In this document: positions 23,300 to 37,827 of the stretch, piece after piece
How positions within the stretch are numbered: position 1 is the first letter of the stretch
Layout of the letters: each line of letters opens with the position of its first letter
The notes under the pieces: generated by a model
Database searches by the model: none
What the model was told of the DNA's origin: nothing
The model's input: only the letters and a program-made list of their open reading frames with translations
Position numbers and translations under genes: made by a program
Origin: Camelus ferus
Lineage: Eukaryota
Length of the DNA: 64,000 bases
NCBI RefSeq assembly: GCF_009834535.1
Contig: NC_045696.1
Location: forward strand, 17,672,001 to 17,736,000
Direction of reading: 5' to 3'

Positions 23300-25460
23300 G
23301 AGATGGTAACTGTAATATTCCAATATAATTACAATTTTTCTTTGATATATGGGTTACTTAGAATTATATATTTTTAAATTTCCAAACATACAAATATCTC
23401 AGCTTTCTGTTTAGTCTTCTGTTTTCTATCTGTTGACTACTCTAAGTATATTGTGATGGAAAAATTATATGATGTAGGGTCTTTAAAATTTACAGAGATT
23501 TCCTGTGGGCTCCAAATTGAGTCAGATTTCCTAAATATTTTACATTTTTTTAAAACTAAAATGTACCCTACATTTGGGGATGATATTCTCTGTTAGAGAA
23601 TTAGAGAAAGTTGGCTAATCAAGTTGTTTAAATCTTCTATATTCTTTGACTAACTTTCTATAAATTACTAAGATAGCTGAAATTCTTTCATTATGATTTT
23701 TGTTTCATTGATTTTTCTTTATATTCTTGCACATTTTTATTATTTATTATGTGACAATGTTTTATGGTGCATATAGACACCATTTGCATAGTTAACCTTT
23801 TTCTATTCACTTATTTTCAAATTTCAATCCAGTCTTAGGTTAATTGGTACTTTTATCCTCTTCTTGGAAAATAAAAGAAACATAGACTGGTTTAACTCTA
23901 TTAATATTTCTTCCTAATATACACTATTAATGTTTCACATAAATTCTAAACCCAGCCAGACACCATTCAATGTTCATTTGTATTACTCACACATTAGCTC
24001 TTTTCATTGTTCCTTTTCGTTCTTAAATCTCTGAACTTCAAAGATCATTTACCTTTTCTGTAAGCATATCTTTGGTTTTCACTTTACTAGAATTCACTGC
24101 TATCACCTCCCACCCCTACCCTAAATCTGACCATTTGTTCTGAATAATGATAGATGTGTACTTTTTATAGCACAGATGAGGATATAACTTTATATTAAAT
24201 TCCTAGGCAAATACTGCCAAATTGCTTCTCACAGTGATCAAGCCAATTTATATTACTGTTGACAATGCATGGAAATTTCTACTTTCCTACCCCACTTCCC
24301 TGTGTACGTCTGTTGTGGGTGAGAGGTTCTTGTCTCATCACAGAAAGAATTCAGAGATAAGATGTGGAGCTTAAGAAAGCAAACCAAGGATTTATTAAAG
24401 GATAGGTCATTATGTTCTCAAGGAAAGAGTAGGCAGACCCAGGTAGGTAGCTGCCCCGAGTTTCCTTGGCAAGCTGGTTATAAGGGTGTAAAAACGAATG
24501 GGCAGAATGTTCATTGGCAGGGAGAGGTTTGGAATCTTCTTTCCTGATCTTCATCCCAGCTCCACCTCCCCAGGTGGGGAGGAGGGATTTTTGTCCTTAT
24601 TTAGTCTCAATTGGGAAGTTAGATGAGGTCATAAAGAACAAAGATTACATTCGGAAAGGGGGTATCATAAGCAAAAGATATTTGTTTATTTTGGACAGAG
24701 GTCTTAATCATTGAAAGGTTATGTTCAGATGGTGGAGATTCCTGTCCTCTCCCACCCTTCTACTTCCAGGACACTTATCAACCCCGAAGGTATGGTTTTA
24801 TATCAGTCCAGAGGATCCTGTTTTTCTTGGTGTGTCCAAGGACCCCATTGTTCACAGGATGAATGGTTTTCTGCCATTTGCCCATGTCCCCCTTTCTCCG
24901 CTCATATCTAGCTAACTGCCTGCTCTAACACTTCCCCTTCTTGACAACAAAATGCATTATCAAACTAGTTCTGATGTTTGCTATGTTGGAGGTGAAATAA
25001 TAGCACCTTATTGTAGATTCCATTTGAAAAATATTTGAGAAACTTCACACGTTAAACTTTACATATGTTTGTATTTTCTTTACTAAGAACTATTCATCTA
25101 CTTAAGATTTTTGTTTTTATTAATACAGAGATGCTCTTTATGTGTTAAACAAGCTGTAATTTTTCTTATAATATTAGTTGCAAAGATTTGAACCAGGTTA
25201 TTGTTGGCCTATTACATTCATGATTTTTTTTTCTGCCAGGAATTATTAGTTTTTAATGTGGTTTTTTTCTTTTGCAGCTTTTTATTTTATATGTTTGAAG
25301 TGTTCTCTACTCTGATACAATAATAATTTTCTCAAGATTTCTTTTTGTACTTTAAATATTTTTTTTCTGTGCTTCAGTCATTTGTCAATCAAATTATGTT
25401 GGTACAAAATTGAAATGCAACATGATGTTTTTATTCTACACAGCTTTTGAATTGTTCCAG
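23300..25460 (-). mobile_element. Highly diverged L1M fragments, split by an LTR
   Basis: T-rich antisense L1-like motifs such as ATGGGTTACTTAGAA, ATACTGCCAAATTGC, GGTGAAATAATAGCACCTTATTGT and TTGTTCCAGTGCCCTTTAATTAA. Boundaries approximate. Confidence 0.5.
24311..24930 (-). mobile_element. ERV1-type solo LTR (620 bp)
   Basis: TGTTG...CTAACA termini. Reverse poly(A) signal TTTATT near 24391. 4-bp TSD CGTC/CTTC. Confidence 0.85.
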
Positions 25461-25929
25461 TGCCCTTTAATTAATAAGGGTTTCATTATTCATCTTTTCT
25501 TCACTTATTTGAAATAAGTGGGCTACCATTGTTTTAAATGGCCTCTTCTCTTCTGGTCTGTAACACTCTCTCTCTTAAAGCACCAGTATGTATTTACACG
25601 ATCTCTCCTTGTAACCACCAAAATCTGTGCTCAAAAAGACCAAAATACCCATTTAAATTTTACTTTAAATCCAATAATGTGCCTTCCCTTCTATTAGAAA
25701 AACTGGATTTAGGAGATTTTTTATTATTATTATTTTTATTTAATACCTTCCTAACAACCCAATTAAAGCAATTTTATATATTAGCTATATGTTGAGATGG
25801 GGTTAAGTTGAGGTGGACCAACTATTTCTGTTTCCATAAATCATAAATATATCTAACTATACATAACGAAATAAATAAGCAGAAGGAAATCTGACACACG
25901 AATGTGTGTCATTCTTTTGGATCAAGTGA

Positions 25930-26110
25930 AAGACTGTGGCAAATAGCTAAGCTTTTGACGTGGGCTAAAATTCTAACTCTGCTGCTCAATAATTTTGTGA
26001 ATTTGAGAGAGTCGATCTTTTTGAGTCCTTATTTTTGCAATTGTGGAATAGAGATGATAATAATAGGCATTTCATAGAATCCTTGAGGGAGTAAAGTTAA
26101 CATTTTATAC
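25930..26110 (+). mobile_element. MIR fragment
   Basis: TGGGCTAAAATTCTAACTCTGCTGCT...TGAGTCCTTATTTTT...TGTGGAATAGAGATGATAATA. Confidence 0.55.
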
Positions 26111-26641
26111 AGTATAGAAAGGTTTTCATAACATGATAAAGTGCATATGTCCATTGCAGAAATAAGTTGCCAGTATCTGAAGTCCATTATGTTAAATTAG
26201 AAAAAAATCATATTTAATTTATTATAGTAATTATAGTTAATGTTTGGTGTTTACCTTTCGAAGTTTTATATGTGTTTACAATCATACGAAATTTTGCAAA
26301 AAATTGAGATTATCACCACACGTTCTCTTGCAGTTTGCTAACTTTATTAAAGAGCACACACACACACACACACACACACTCACAATTTCTGCCTCCACTT
26401 AAATATACCATTTTTGTATTATTAGTTGCCATATCATCACATTTGACTTTCATTCTGATAACAGGTCTTTGGTTCTGTTAGAAGACAAAGCATTACTTGA
26501 GGGCATAAGAGTGAAATGAATTCTGTATCTTTATAGTCTTGTTTTTTATATATGCCTCATAAAAATTTGATAAAACCTAGCATAGAAATATTGAGACAGA
26601 GATTTCCTAATTTCTCTCATTTTAAGAGGTATCGTGATGAA

Positions 26642-26749
26642 TCTGAAAAGATATATATGCTTATATATGTATAACTGAATTGCTTTGCTGTATTCCAGAA
26701 ACTAACATTGTAAATCAACTACGATTCAATAAAAAATAAAATTTAAAAA
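26642..26749 (+). mobile_element. Very short L1 3' end insertion with a degenerate TSD
   Basis: TCTGAAAAGATATATATG...GTATAACTGAATTGCTTTGCTGTA...CATTGTAAATCAACTA...AATAAAAAA. Flanks are AAGAGGTATCGTGATGAA / AGGAAGTATCATGATGAA. Confidence 0.85.
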
Positions 26750-29378
26750 AGGAAGTATCATGATGAAGGGAAAGCCTGAGGTTTAGGGTCAGAATAAAAC
26801 CTAGCTCTGTCATTATTGACTGTATGACCTTAGATGCATTCCTTCAACAGTAAAATAGGAATAATAGTGATTACCTGGACCAAGAGGGTTTGAGAATAGT
26901 TCTAGAACCATATAGATGCTTAATAAATGTTAATTATGCATGTTTCTCATTGGGATCCATTGCACCCAGAAAGTCTGCATGTGCCGTTTAAACTGATTGG
27001 GAAAGATTAATATTAACGAGCCATTCTTGGCTTATTGTAAATTGCTGCTTACTTTCTATGTAAGTGTTATTACCATCGTGAGCACGTTGTTCAAGATATA
27101 TTCAAGGGAGTTTAGAAGGGAATAGTTGAGGTTAAATATTCCTCTTCATGTTGTATTTTTAACCTGGGCAGGTTCGCTTGGAAGGGATGCTTTGTTGAAG
27201 TGGTGGGTATATTTGTGGGTGAATTTACATTCACGAGTTTCATACTAGGTCATGAACCCCAAGAGATGTGTTATAAAGTTGGAGGCTAAATCCAAGAGGC
27301 TATTATTTTTTTTCTATTGGCATTTGTCATGGTAGTGATATAAGCACTGAAGATGGAAACATAGTTTTTGTTGCTGTTAAAGTAAATTCAGAGAAATCAG
27401 ATTATAGCTGATGCAATTTAGATGTTCGGAGGTGGGGGATTTTCTGATAGCAAAATCTAATATATGTAGCTCCCAAAATGGAAAGCCTCTCTCAGAGGGA
27501 TGACCTGCATCAGGGAATTTAGTTTTCAATGTGGTGATCCTGACACCAACTTTAAAATTTTTTTTTTTTCTGGAAGTTTGTGGGGTTTTTTTGGTTGAAT
27601 ATGACTCAGATTTTCTCCTAATCCTTAGCTGAAAGTTGGAGTTAAGGAAGACGACACCCTTTCTTTCTGTGCCCCACTACCTCTAGTCGGGATTAATGTC
27701 TTCAAACTTTTACTCACTGCTTCTCTTTCTGTTTGTTAATGATTAGTATGTGGTGGGCACCATAATAAACACATGGCCACTTACTTCACTGACTGGTGCT
27801 CAACATGGTGAAGTGCTGTCCTACTCATTTTTTAAACAAGAAAGTCTGAGACATACAACGTATAAATAACCTGCCAAGAGCCACATAGGGTGACACTGAC
27901 TAGAGACATCTAACTCTAAGGGTCATGTTTTGAATCACTATGTTATGAGGCCAAATCGTGGTAGTCATTGTGTATAATGTATACTCCTCTGTCTCCAGAA
28001 TTTGATCATCAGCTTCTCCATGGTTTGTCATCTTAGTGTCTTCACAGCACCAAGGTGTCTTAATGTTTTCTGAATTCAGTTTGCAACAACCAGAAATCCC
28101 TAAACTCTACTAGGCAAGAATGCAGAATTACACTTTAGTTATTGGCTTCTCAAAGAGAAGTGACCATTCAAAGAGCAGCTGTTTCTCAAAAACTGTGTAT
28201 TAATGCCTTTCTGTAGGGCACCAAGCTCTCTTCCTTCCCTTAACTTGAACAGCTGGGGGAGGAAAGACTTAGCCAGAGAATGGAGAGATAGCAACTGTTA
28301 AATATTGTCTAAAAGTGTAAGCCTTCTGCAAATATAACATAATCCTTTCATCAGCTTTGGGCAGAATGCATCAAACTTGCTAAATTTGACTACTGCTAAT
28401 CTGTTTGGAAATACATTTTCCTTTCCTTTTTCACGTGTGCCTTGGAAACATCCCACCATGACAGGTACAACTGGATAGAAGAATCACCCCACAGAATTGA
28501 AATAACCACAAGTGTAGATATATGATGTGCAGTTTCAAAGAAGCTTCTAACTTCTTCCGTTTGATATGAAGTTACATGTTTTGTCAGTTTTTAAGATTTA
28601 TCTGGAGGAAATGCCTTTCAGCTCTATCCTGTAGTCTTCATTCCCTGCACCCATTCCTGTAGACCTATATAATCTACTCCACAAAGTTCTCATGAGAAAC
28701 CCTTATAAACCACTTCCATTGGAAACGTATGTTCTCAGTACACTTACTTTTATCATTTAAGAGGCAGAAAAAGCTTACAATAAAATCCTCAGTATGTCCA
28801 CTGCACATTTTAGATACTCCCCCGCCTCATCTTTTTTAGAATTTATTTCTCTAATTGGCTTTCCCTCCTAGTCTCCACGTGGCTATTTTAAACTTTCTGA
28901 ATTCTCCTTGAATTTCAAATTCTTTTTCCTCCCACCTTATTCTTATCAGATGAGCTCATCTACCTCTTAGCAAAAAAGCTAAAATAAAATAGAAAATATC
29001 AGAAGACAACTCCCTTAGTCTCCTACCTCCGAAGTTAGAAATGTATATGAACCTTCACTTGATCTTTCTTTCTTATTTTCTATTGGAAAGAATCATTTTC
29101 CCGTAGAGCTGCAGAAAGTTTGTTTTTCTGTCTGTGTTCTTCAATTCTTGGCTCCCACATACCTGGGGGAAATTTCCTTTATGTCTATGTAACCTCTCAC
29201 TCTCCACAGTTACCTTCCTTCCCTTAATCTCTTATATTTGATTACATCTCTGTCTTATAAAAATTAAATTTAAAATGTAATGAACAAATTACAAACCCTT
29301 TCCTACACATGGCTGGTCTTCCTAACAGTCCCTCCCCTCGAGGACACAGCTAGAATTCTGAGGTTGATATACCCCTTG

Positions 29379-30008
29379 TGATGCAGGAAAACGGATGTGG
29401 GGCATGAGGAGGGCCATGTTCCAGGTCTCGGCTGAGCCCCTGGGAGGTGCCCCGCCAAGTATGGGTCCTTGGCTTCACGCAGAAAAGAATTCAAGTGCGA
29501 GCCACCATTGAGTAAAGGTAGATTTATTTAGGGAGATACACACTGCATAGAGTGTAAGGCAAGAGAAAGGCAAGGAAAGAGGTGTGGGAATTGGGTGCTC
29601 AGGTTAAAGTAAAAGAAGGTACACACTCCACAGACAGAGTGCGGGCCGTCTCCAAAGTGGAGGGAGCGAAAAGGGCGGCTAGGCATGGTGGTGTCACTTT
29701 TTATGGTCTCAGTAGCTTCACACGCCTACAGGTGGGATCAATCCAACTGCCCTGGGGAAGGGGCTGGGATTCCCAGGGACTGGGCCACCGCCCATTCTTT
29801 GGCCTTTTGCGGTCAGCCTTGGGGCTGTCATGGCGCCTGTGGGCGTGTTATTTGATCACGCTTTTACAATGAGCATATAATGAAGCTCAAGGTCTACTAG
29901 AAGTTAAACCTCTTAATCCTCAAGGCCAACTAGGAGGTGAATCTTCCACCATTTTGGTTGCTATCATTCCTTTAGTGGCTGTGCCCTGCCCCCTTCCCTC
30001 CTGTCTCA
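29379..30008 (-). mobile_element. ERV1-type solo LTR (630 bp) with a perfect 4-bp TSD
   Basis: TGATGCAGG...CTGTCTCA flanked by CTTG (29375-29378 and 30009-30012). Same family as 43758-44444. Confidence 0.92.
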
Positions 30009-30279
30009 CTTGCTCACTTTTTTACTTCTTCATTTCCCAATCCACAGAAAGCAGGATTACTTCCCATGATTCCACACATACTGATTTCCTCAGGTCAAAA
30101 TCACATGCTTGTTGCTGAATTTAGCACTACTGAACCAATCCTCATCATTCATCACCCTAAGCAATACTGTTGAGCTTTCCTTCTGGGAAAAAATAGCTCA
30201 TCTTTGGCTTCCAGGAGACCAGATCCACCTAGATTTTCTCCCATGTCTCTGGCTATCTGTTTGCTGTCTTTGTACTGAG

Positions 30280-30811
30280 CGTGTCTTTTTATTCTAATGC
30301 TTTGATATCCGGGGCCTTATTGTTCCTGGGGAGACCACCCCTCTCAGGGCTAGCCAGTTCCCAAGGACTCACCACAAGGCATGTGTTTCATGGAGATTAA
30401 CTAATCCAGAGCCCACATCCTTACTCTCACCTCCTCCAGCAGGCTCTTACACTCCCAGCCAATATTCTCTGCCCTAATCACACCAAGGCCAGCTACCAGA
30501 CAGGGTCTGAAGACAGCCCTCCCACCCCAGAGTCCACTGAGATTATTCAAACTAGCCAATCCTAAATCTTCTTACCTTCCCTCATCTGTTTCTTCCCATG
30601 TAAACTACAATAAAGTCTCTTACCCACATTTTCTTCCCACTCCGTGTGCCTCCACATTGACCCTGGTCCTGTGCTGTGGGGCCCTCCATGGTGTGGAGCG
30701 CCCCCACCTTTTAGATATTGCAGGTGACATACTGTCTTTTCAGTGGTAATCATTTGCAGATCAGCAGACCTCACTATATCATCATCATAATAAAACGTAC
30801 ATATTAAAACA
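30280..30811 (+). mobile_element. MER74/MER54-like ERVL solo LTR
   Basis: CCCCTCTCAGGGCTAGCCA...AATCCAGAGCCCACA...ATTATTCAAACTAGCCAATCCTAAA...ACAATAAAG. Subfamily from memory. Confidence 0.7.
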
Positions 30812-31451
30812 TTCATTGGAAAAACCTTTCCTCTATCCATTCCAAATGAGTGGCTGGACCTCTCTCTACAGAGCCTCTGTAAACTGTCAGAAGTATAATT
30901 ACTATAATGATTGAGATACTGAAGTACCAGAATTATTCAGAACAGGGAGTCCAGCATTCTAGACATCCTGAAAAACAAGGATGGTGTTATAAAGACTGAA
31001 GAATTGTCCCCAGTCCTGTCTCACTTTCAGATGTAAATAATAAAACTTAAAAAAAAAACTGATCATAGAGTCCTACTGTTTACATATACATGTGCAGTAT
31101 AGTATGTTGTTTTCATCATTTTAATAAAAGTGAAATTTTCCAGCAGTAAAACTATGTCTTAATCTGAGGAAAGTTATTTAATTAAGAATTTTCCTGAATG
31201 TTGTTCCACCATTTTGAAAAATCATGTCACCAATGGCAATATCATTTATGGCATCTGAGTCACTAAAGGTTCACAACTCTATCAGCCTGAATTTATGGTT
31301 GTTGTATTCAAGGTGACTCTACCTAGAGGGGTAAAGTATGGACTCTTATTTACTGTCTTCTTGTGTGTAGAAGAATTTCACTATTTGCATGTTGAAAAAC
31401 ACATTTCATTATGGATTACTTGGTTTGCAAATTGGCCTTATATACAGAAGG

Positions 31452-31817
31452 TGAGGAGAGACCAAAGAAAGAGGCAGACCACTCCAGATTGGTAGGTGAC
31501 AGGTTTAATACTCAGGAGAACTTACTTATAAGGCTTGGCTTGAGTGGTTGCAAGACAAGGAAATCTCTACACCCACCCACCAAATCTTAAAAGTTTATTT
31601 AGAAGCCTTAACTGAGTTCAGTTACTTACATAGTTCAGATAGACTCATCACCACATTACTATTGCCAGGCTGTATCCTTGGGGCAGCTTCTGGACCTAAG
31701 AAGGCAAGTGAAATGCACATTCCAAGGACAAGAGATGGGGTGAGGAGCCTCCAGTTTCCTGGGTCCAGCTTGAGGGTCAAACCAGAGGTCCCATATTCTC
31801 AATGACCTCCTCCAACA
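31452..31817 (-). mobile_element. Solo LTR, family unassigned
   Basis: TG...CA ends (TGAGGAG...CTCCAACA) and raised GC against an AT-rich background. No clear TSD. Confidence 0.55.
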
Positions 31818-32956
31818 TGGCTTGCCTTTCATTTCTATCTATTATTATATTCAGGGTGTTTTATTATATTTGTTTTACCTTATGCAAGTTTGTAGATTTT
31901 ATTTGCTATGTATTTTATTTTTAAATATGAAAGGGGACATCACAATACATTTGATACAAAAAGAAGACATTAGGTCTGACAGCATCAATAGAGAATGTCT
32001 AAAATTCTGATTATCCTTGAGATTTGGGCAAGGACTTATTCTCTTTCCTTTTACCCACACTCTCAGGCAATTATAGTCATACCTATAGACTGTTTTCAAG
32101 AGTGTGTATATTCATTGAAGGCTCATGCACGTCGTTATCCTCTGCAGATACCTCCCTATAGAGCTCCAGACCCTTGATCCATCTGCCTTCTTAGCATAAC
32201 TATCCTGTGTCTATGGCTCTCCAAAGTCAATTCAGTGCTTTGTTGAACAGATCAGTTTTGCCACAAATGCCAGCCTCTTGCAGTGTTCCCAAACTCAACC
32301 AGCAAACGTCAGGGACATTGGTACCAGTATGTATCCAAGCACCAAACTTGGAAATGATCCTAACGTCTCTCTCTTCTTTACCATCTGCATCTAAGGGATA
32401 ACTAAGCTAACTGGCAATTCTTTTCATCTTCATGGTCAGCACCTTACAGCAGATCAGTTTTATTTTTCTCCAACCCATTTTCTATTTTGCTGCCAAAATG
32501 ACCTTTCTATAAAAAAAAAAAAATCATATCCCTAATCTGCCTAGACTCCTTCACTGGCTGCCTATTGACTCAACTATAAAAGATATCTCCTTCACAGGGC
32601 TTCTAAAATCACCGATGTCTTGGCACGACCTACCTTTCTGGTCAATGCTACTCCCATACATTATTTTCTGCACTAGCTACGTTTTCTTTAGTCTCTCCAC
32701 AGTGCACTTTTTTTTCCCCTCTTGCTCCTTATTTTTCACTTTGTGTGTATATGCTACCTCAGCTTTTTTCCTGGTTCACCCTCATTACTCAAGTATATAT
32801 TTAAACATCTCTATTTGTGAGAACATTTTTTTTAGTCTTTTAATTTAGGTGATTTGTTTCTTCCTTATTCTCCCACTGGCATTTTATATAACACTTAGTA
32901 CAGTTTTTTATTACAGTTGTTTGGTTAATTATCTGTCTTCATTCTTAGACTCAAGC

Positions 32957-33276
32957 CAGTACTTTCCAATGGAAACATAACTTAAGTCACAAATATGAGC
33001 CGCATAGTTAATTTAAAATATTCTAGTAGCAGCATTTTAAATAATAAAATAGGTGAAGTTAATTTAATATGGATTAGTTAACTCAATATTTTGAAAATCT
33101 TATTTTATCACATAATCAATATGAAATTACTAATGAAATATTCTATGTTCTTTTTTCATACTAAGTCTTAGAAAATGTAGTGTATCTTACCCTTTCAGCA
33201 CACCTCAATTTGGACTAGCCATATTTCAAATCCATTAGAGTTACAAGTGGCTGATGGCAACCATATTGGACCCTGC
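32957..33276. mobile_element. MER33-like hAT-Charlie MITE
   Basis: TCCAATGGAAACATAA...AATTTAAAATATTCTAGTAGC...AATAGGTGAAGTTAATTT...CAGCACACCTCAATTTGGACTAGCCATATTTCAA...GTGGCTGATGGCAACCATATTGGAC. Confidence 0.8.
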
Positions 33277-33680
33277 TTCATGCTCTATAAAGTAATGATT
33301 CTTGCTAATCAACCTAAGTATTTTACTTCCAAATTCCAACACAGCACTCAGTAGTTAGACTAGACATTAAAATAAATTTTGGTTAGTAAATAAATGGATG
33401 GATGAATGTTAAAATTTAAAGATGATTTTTAACTCTGTGATCAATTGCTACATACACATTAAGGAAATTCATCATTATCCATAAAATTGATTTCATGACT
33501 CAGTACTGCATTATGATTTGCATTTTGAAAAAGATCTATTTTGTTAGTGAGAAAATAGGCCAAAATTGATGATATTTTCTATGTATTTCCATAATTCTGT
33601 GGTTTTATATTCTTCTAATTAAAAAAAAAGCAAATGTGAAAAACCCTAGTGAAGCTGTATATTATTCCATAACAAAAAAC

Positions 33681-33704
33681 ATGATGATGATGATGATGAT
33701 GATG
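33681..33704. repeat. (ATG)n trinucleotide repeat
   Basis: Directly visible. Confidence 0.9.
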
Positions 33705-36304
33705 GATCATAAAGGCAATAACAAAAGTGCTTCTGAAGTGACAGTTTACCAGCTATAGGAAAGGTATATCTCATGGGAATATCTCACCTCTGCTTAAACG
33801 CTAATGCAAGAAATATACATCAACCAGATTGTCATGATGGATTCTCAGTTCTGGAGGAGAACTAGAAAGACTGTGGAAGATGCTCTCTAACACTCCATTG
33901 CTCTATAACATTCCTAGGAAGGAGGTGGTTTTCTGGGGCCTGCTGTCACTGGAGGACCCATCATCTTTAAGGCTACTGTGCTCATCCTTGGAAAATCTGG
34001 CTGATGGGAAGTGTTTCCTTTTGTCAAGTTAATTCATGAAGTGGGCAAATTGTTACTAGATTTATACTCTTTCCTCACGCTGTGCTTGGCACTGATGATG
34101 GTGAGTAAAGTAGTTACGGCTCCTACCACTGAGGGTTAGTAAGTTACTACTCTCCTATTGCTTCCTCCTCTTTGTTTGTCTCTTTTCCCGTAACTGAAAC
34201 CCACCTTGTCTCCCTGGGATGATGGATGCTTCCTGCTCATGCAGGGCCTGGGGAGCCCCTCTTCCTGAGCCATCACATTCTGGTGTCAAATCCAGTCCTT
34301 TAGGTCTTTTAAAGATATGTTTGTCCAGGTAGCATCAATCGCATTACATTTAACAATTTGTGGGTGTTTTTTTTTTTAATTTATTACTTTCAGATATTTA
34401 GGTAAATGATATATGTGCCTTCATTAGTTTTCTTGCCCTGGGTCCCCTTAAATATTAAAAGCAAGCCTGCTTTTAATAGTGACACATACATTTTTACCCC
34501 ACTCTGATCATTACTCCCTCAGCTCCTTTCTCTTTCTCTTTTATTGTCTATTAACCTTTTCTTTTCTTAGGTCTAACTATTTATTTATTTCTCTGAACTG
34601 CCTTGATTTTATGGTGTAGTCTCCCAATCACCATTGGCATGGACCTCACTTCCTAAGCTCCTTGTTCCTTGTTTTTCTGATTTCCTGGTTATATAAAACC
34701 CAGCCATAGGTTACTTTTACCAACTGCATTTTTATTCCTATGCGTAACTTCTGAAGGCTGCTTAGGAAAATTGTATAATTTTGTGGATTTCTGCCACTTC
34801 AAATTTATGATATTCAAGTTGAGTTTTGCTCGAAAAGTCCTGTTATATCACCCTTGTAAAAAGCATTTCCCATTTACCTGGCTAGTTCAGAATTTTACCA
34901 CTCCTCTCAAGTGAATAATTCTTGACCTCCTCATCTTTAAGAGATTGCTTTTATCCTTATTTCCCAGGAAAAATTAAGACTTGAATGTGAAATTGCCCTA
35001 AACTCATATTTCATCATACTTAATATATATATAATTAAATATATATACACATCTACACAAATTAAATATATATACACATATACACAAAGGATATAAAGTC
35101 CTTCTTAATACTTAAGGCAGACCTACCTTGATCCTTATCACCACCTATATGATGGCCCCATCTGCTTTTATTTTCTTAAACACCACACTGCCTGTCTCCC
35201 CTATACCTTCAACTTCTCTTCTCTTCCTTCTCCTCTCTTCCCCCTTCTTCCCCTCCCCTCCTTCCTCTTCTCTTTACTTCCCTTCCATTTCTTTTTGTCT
35301 GTCTGTGTCTCTTCCCGTGAATACACTGACTTCAAATTGCTCTCAGCTTGCAACAGTAAGGAAAAAAAATGAAAAAGAAATCCTTCTTCACTTACCTTGT
35401 TGTTCTTGGAGGTAAAAATGTCTCTCCAACTCACTGACAAGCTCCTTAGGAAATAGACTGGATGGTGTCATACAGACTGTGCATCAGCCTCAGCACACGG
35501 TAACATAGAGTCAGGTCTCCCTGTTTCACTCAGGCTATTTTAGATAAAGTTGCCAATGTCTAACTGCTAAATACAAAAGGGGCACCTCAGGCCTTTCTCC
35601 TTTGACTTGACTGCATCTTCTGATCCCCTTGGTCAAGTTTTTGCTTCTTGACACTTTTTTCCATTTTCATATTCCTGCTTCTTTCTTTATTTCTAGGACC
35701 CCCCTAAATCCCCAACCCAGGTGACCGTTCACCTGTCCATCATCTGAGTGCATTTGGTGTACAGCACAGCTTGGTCCTCTTCCTTCTGCCCTTTTAACTC
35801 TGCAGATCTATTTGGATAATCTCATCCATGATTTAGGCTTCAACTACCACATGGCAAATGATCAATTATCTTTTACTCCAGCATAAGCCTTTCTTTCCAG
35901 CTTCCCTATTAAACATCTATATATTCCATAGAATCCTCAAACTGAATTTACCCTTTGCATCCTATCCCCCCAAAACCTATACTATTGTACATATTTCTGA
36001 AATTGGTGAAAGTCATCAACATCTACAAGTTGTCTCTTGGGCTCTCTATGGTCAGTCAATTTCTTTTCTCACTATTTCCACTCTAAAAAATTTTCTACAT
36101 CCATTAATTCCTGTTTATTTCTATGACTGCAGCCCTATTCTCTTCTGATTTAGATACCCATTATCAATCAAGTAGAATTTAACCTAGTCTACTCTTATTT
36201 TTCTCTGTATTTCTTCTATCCAGCTATTCTGTATATGCACAAGAATTATTTTTCTAACAGTCAGTACTGATCATATCACTTCCCTCTTTAAAACTGTTTT
36301 TGCC

Positions 36305-37268
36305 CCACGCTCTTATGTTCAATTAATCTTCAACAAAGGAGGCAAAAATATGCATTGGAGAAAGGACAATCTCTTCAGCAAGTGATGTTGGGAAAGCTGG
36401 ACAGCTGCATGTAAATCAATGAAGTTAGAACACTCTCACACTATACACCAAAATAAACACAAAATGGCTTAAAGCCTTAAATATAGACATGACTCTATAA
36501 ACCTAGAAGAGATTATAGGCAAAACATACTCTGACATAAATTGTAGCAATGTTTTCTGAGGTCATTCTCTCATGGCAAAAGAAATAAAAGCAAAAATAAA
36601 CAAATGAGACCTAATCAAACATACAAGCTTTTGCACAGAAAAGGAAACCATAAACAAAATGAAAAAACAACCTACAGACTGGAAGAAAATATTTGCAAAT
36701 GATGCAACCAACAAGAGCTTTATTTCCAAAATATAAAAATGACTCAGACAACTCAATAACAGCAAAACAAACAACCTAATCAAAAAATGAGCAGAAGAGC
36801 TAAATAGACATTTCTTCAAAGAAGACATCCAGATGGCCAACAGCCACATGAAAATATGCTCGCTATTGCGAATTACTAGAGAAATGTAAGTCAAAACTAC
36901 AATTAGTTGTCATTTCACACTTGTCAGAATGGCCATCCTCAAAAAGTTTACAAGTAATAAATGCTGGAGAGGGTGTGGAGAAAAGGGAACCCTCCTACAT
37001 TGTTGGTGGGAATGCAAACTGGTGCAGCCACTATGGAGAACAGTATGGAGATTCCTTAAAAAACTAAAGATGGAGTTATCATACAATCCAGAAATCCCAC
37101 TTCTGAATATCCATCCAGAAAAGATGAAAACTCTAATTCAAAAAGGTATATGCACCCCGATGTTTATAGCAGCACTATTTACAATAGCCATGACGTGGAA
37201 ACAACCTAAAAGTCCAGCAGCAAATAATTGAATAAATGTGGTATAGATGTGATAGATATATACATATC

Positions 37269-37326
<58 letters not shown>

Positions 37327-37827
37327 TAGATATGGATAGATGTGGTATACAATGGACTATTACCTAGCCATAAAAAAGAATGAAATAATGCCATTTGCAG
37401 CAACATGGATGGAACTAGAAAATATCATACTAAGTAAGTCAGACGAAGACAAATATCATATATTATATGTGAAATATATATTAAAAAATGATACAATTGA
37501 ACTTATTTACAAAACAGAAGTAGGCTCACGGACATAGAAAACAAACTATGATTACCAAAGGGGAAAGAGGCAAGAGAGAGAAATTAGGAGCTTGGGATTA
37601 ACAGATACACATTACTATGTATAAAATAGACAAACAAGGCCCTACTGGATAGCAAAGGGAAAAAATAGATTTAGTACCTTGAAATAATGGAAAAGAATCT
37701 GAAAAAGAATAGATATATAAAATTATATATTATAATATAGAGATTATATAAATATATAACTGAATCACTTTGCTGTACACCAAAAACTACCATAACATTG
37801 TAAATCAACTATACTTCAAAAAAAAAA
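36305..37827 (+). mobile_element. 5'-truncated L1 (3' part of ORF2, 3' UTR, poly(A)); older cetartiodactyl-type subfamily
   Basis: ORF 36929-37231 reads [26 protein letters not shown] and another piece reads [17 protein letters not shown]. In-frame stops are present. The 3' UTR ends CATTGTAAATCAACTATACTTCAAAAAAAAAA. Confidence 0.93.
37268..37326. repeat. (GATA)n tetranucleotide microsatellite inside the L1
   Basis: Directly visible. Confidence 0.95.
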
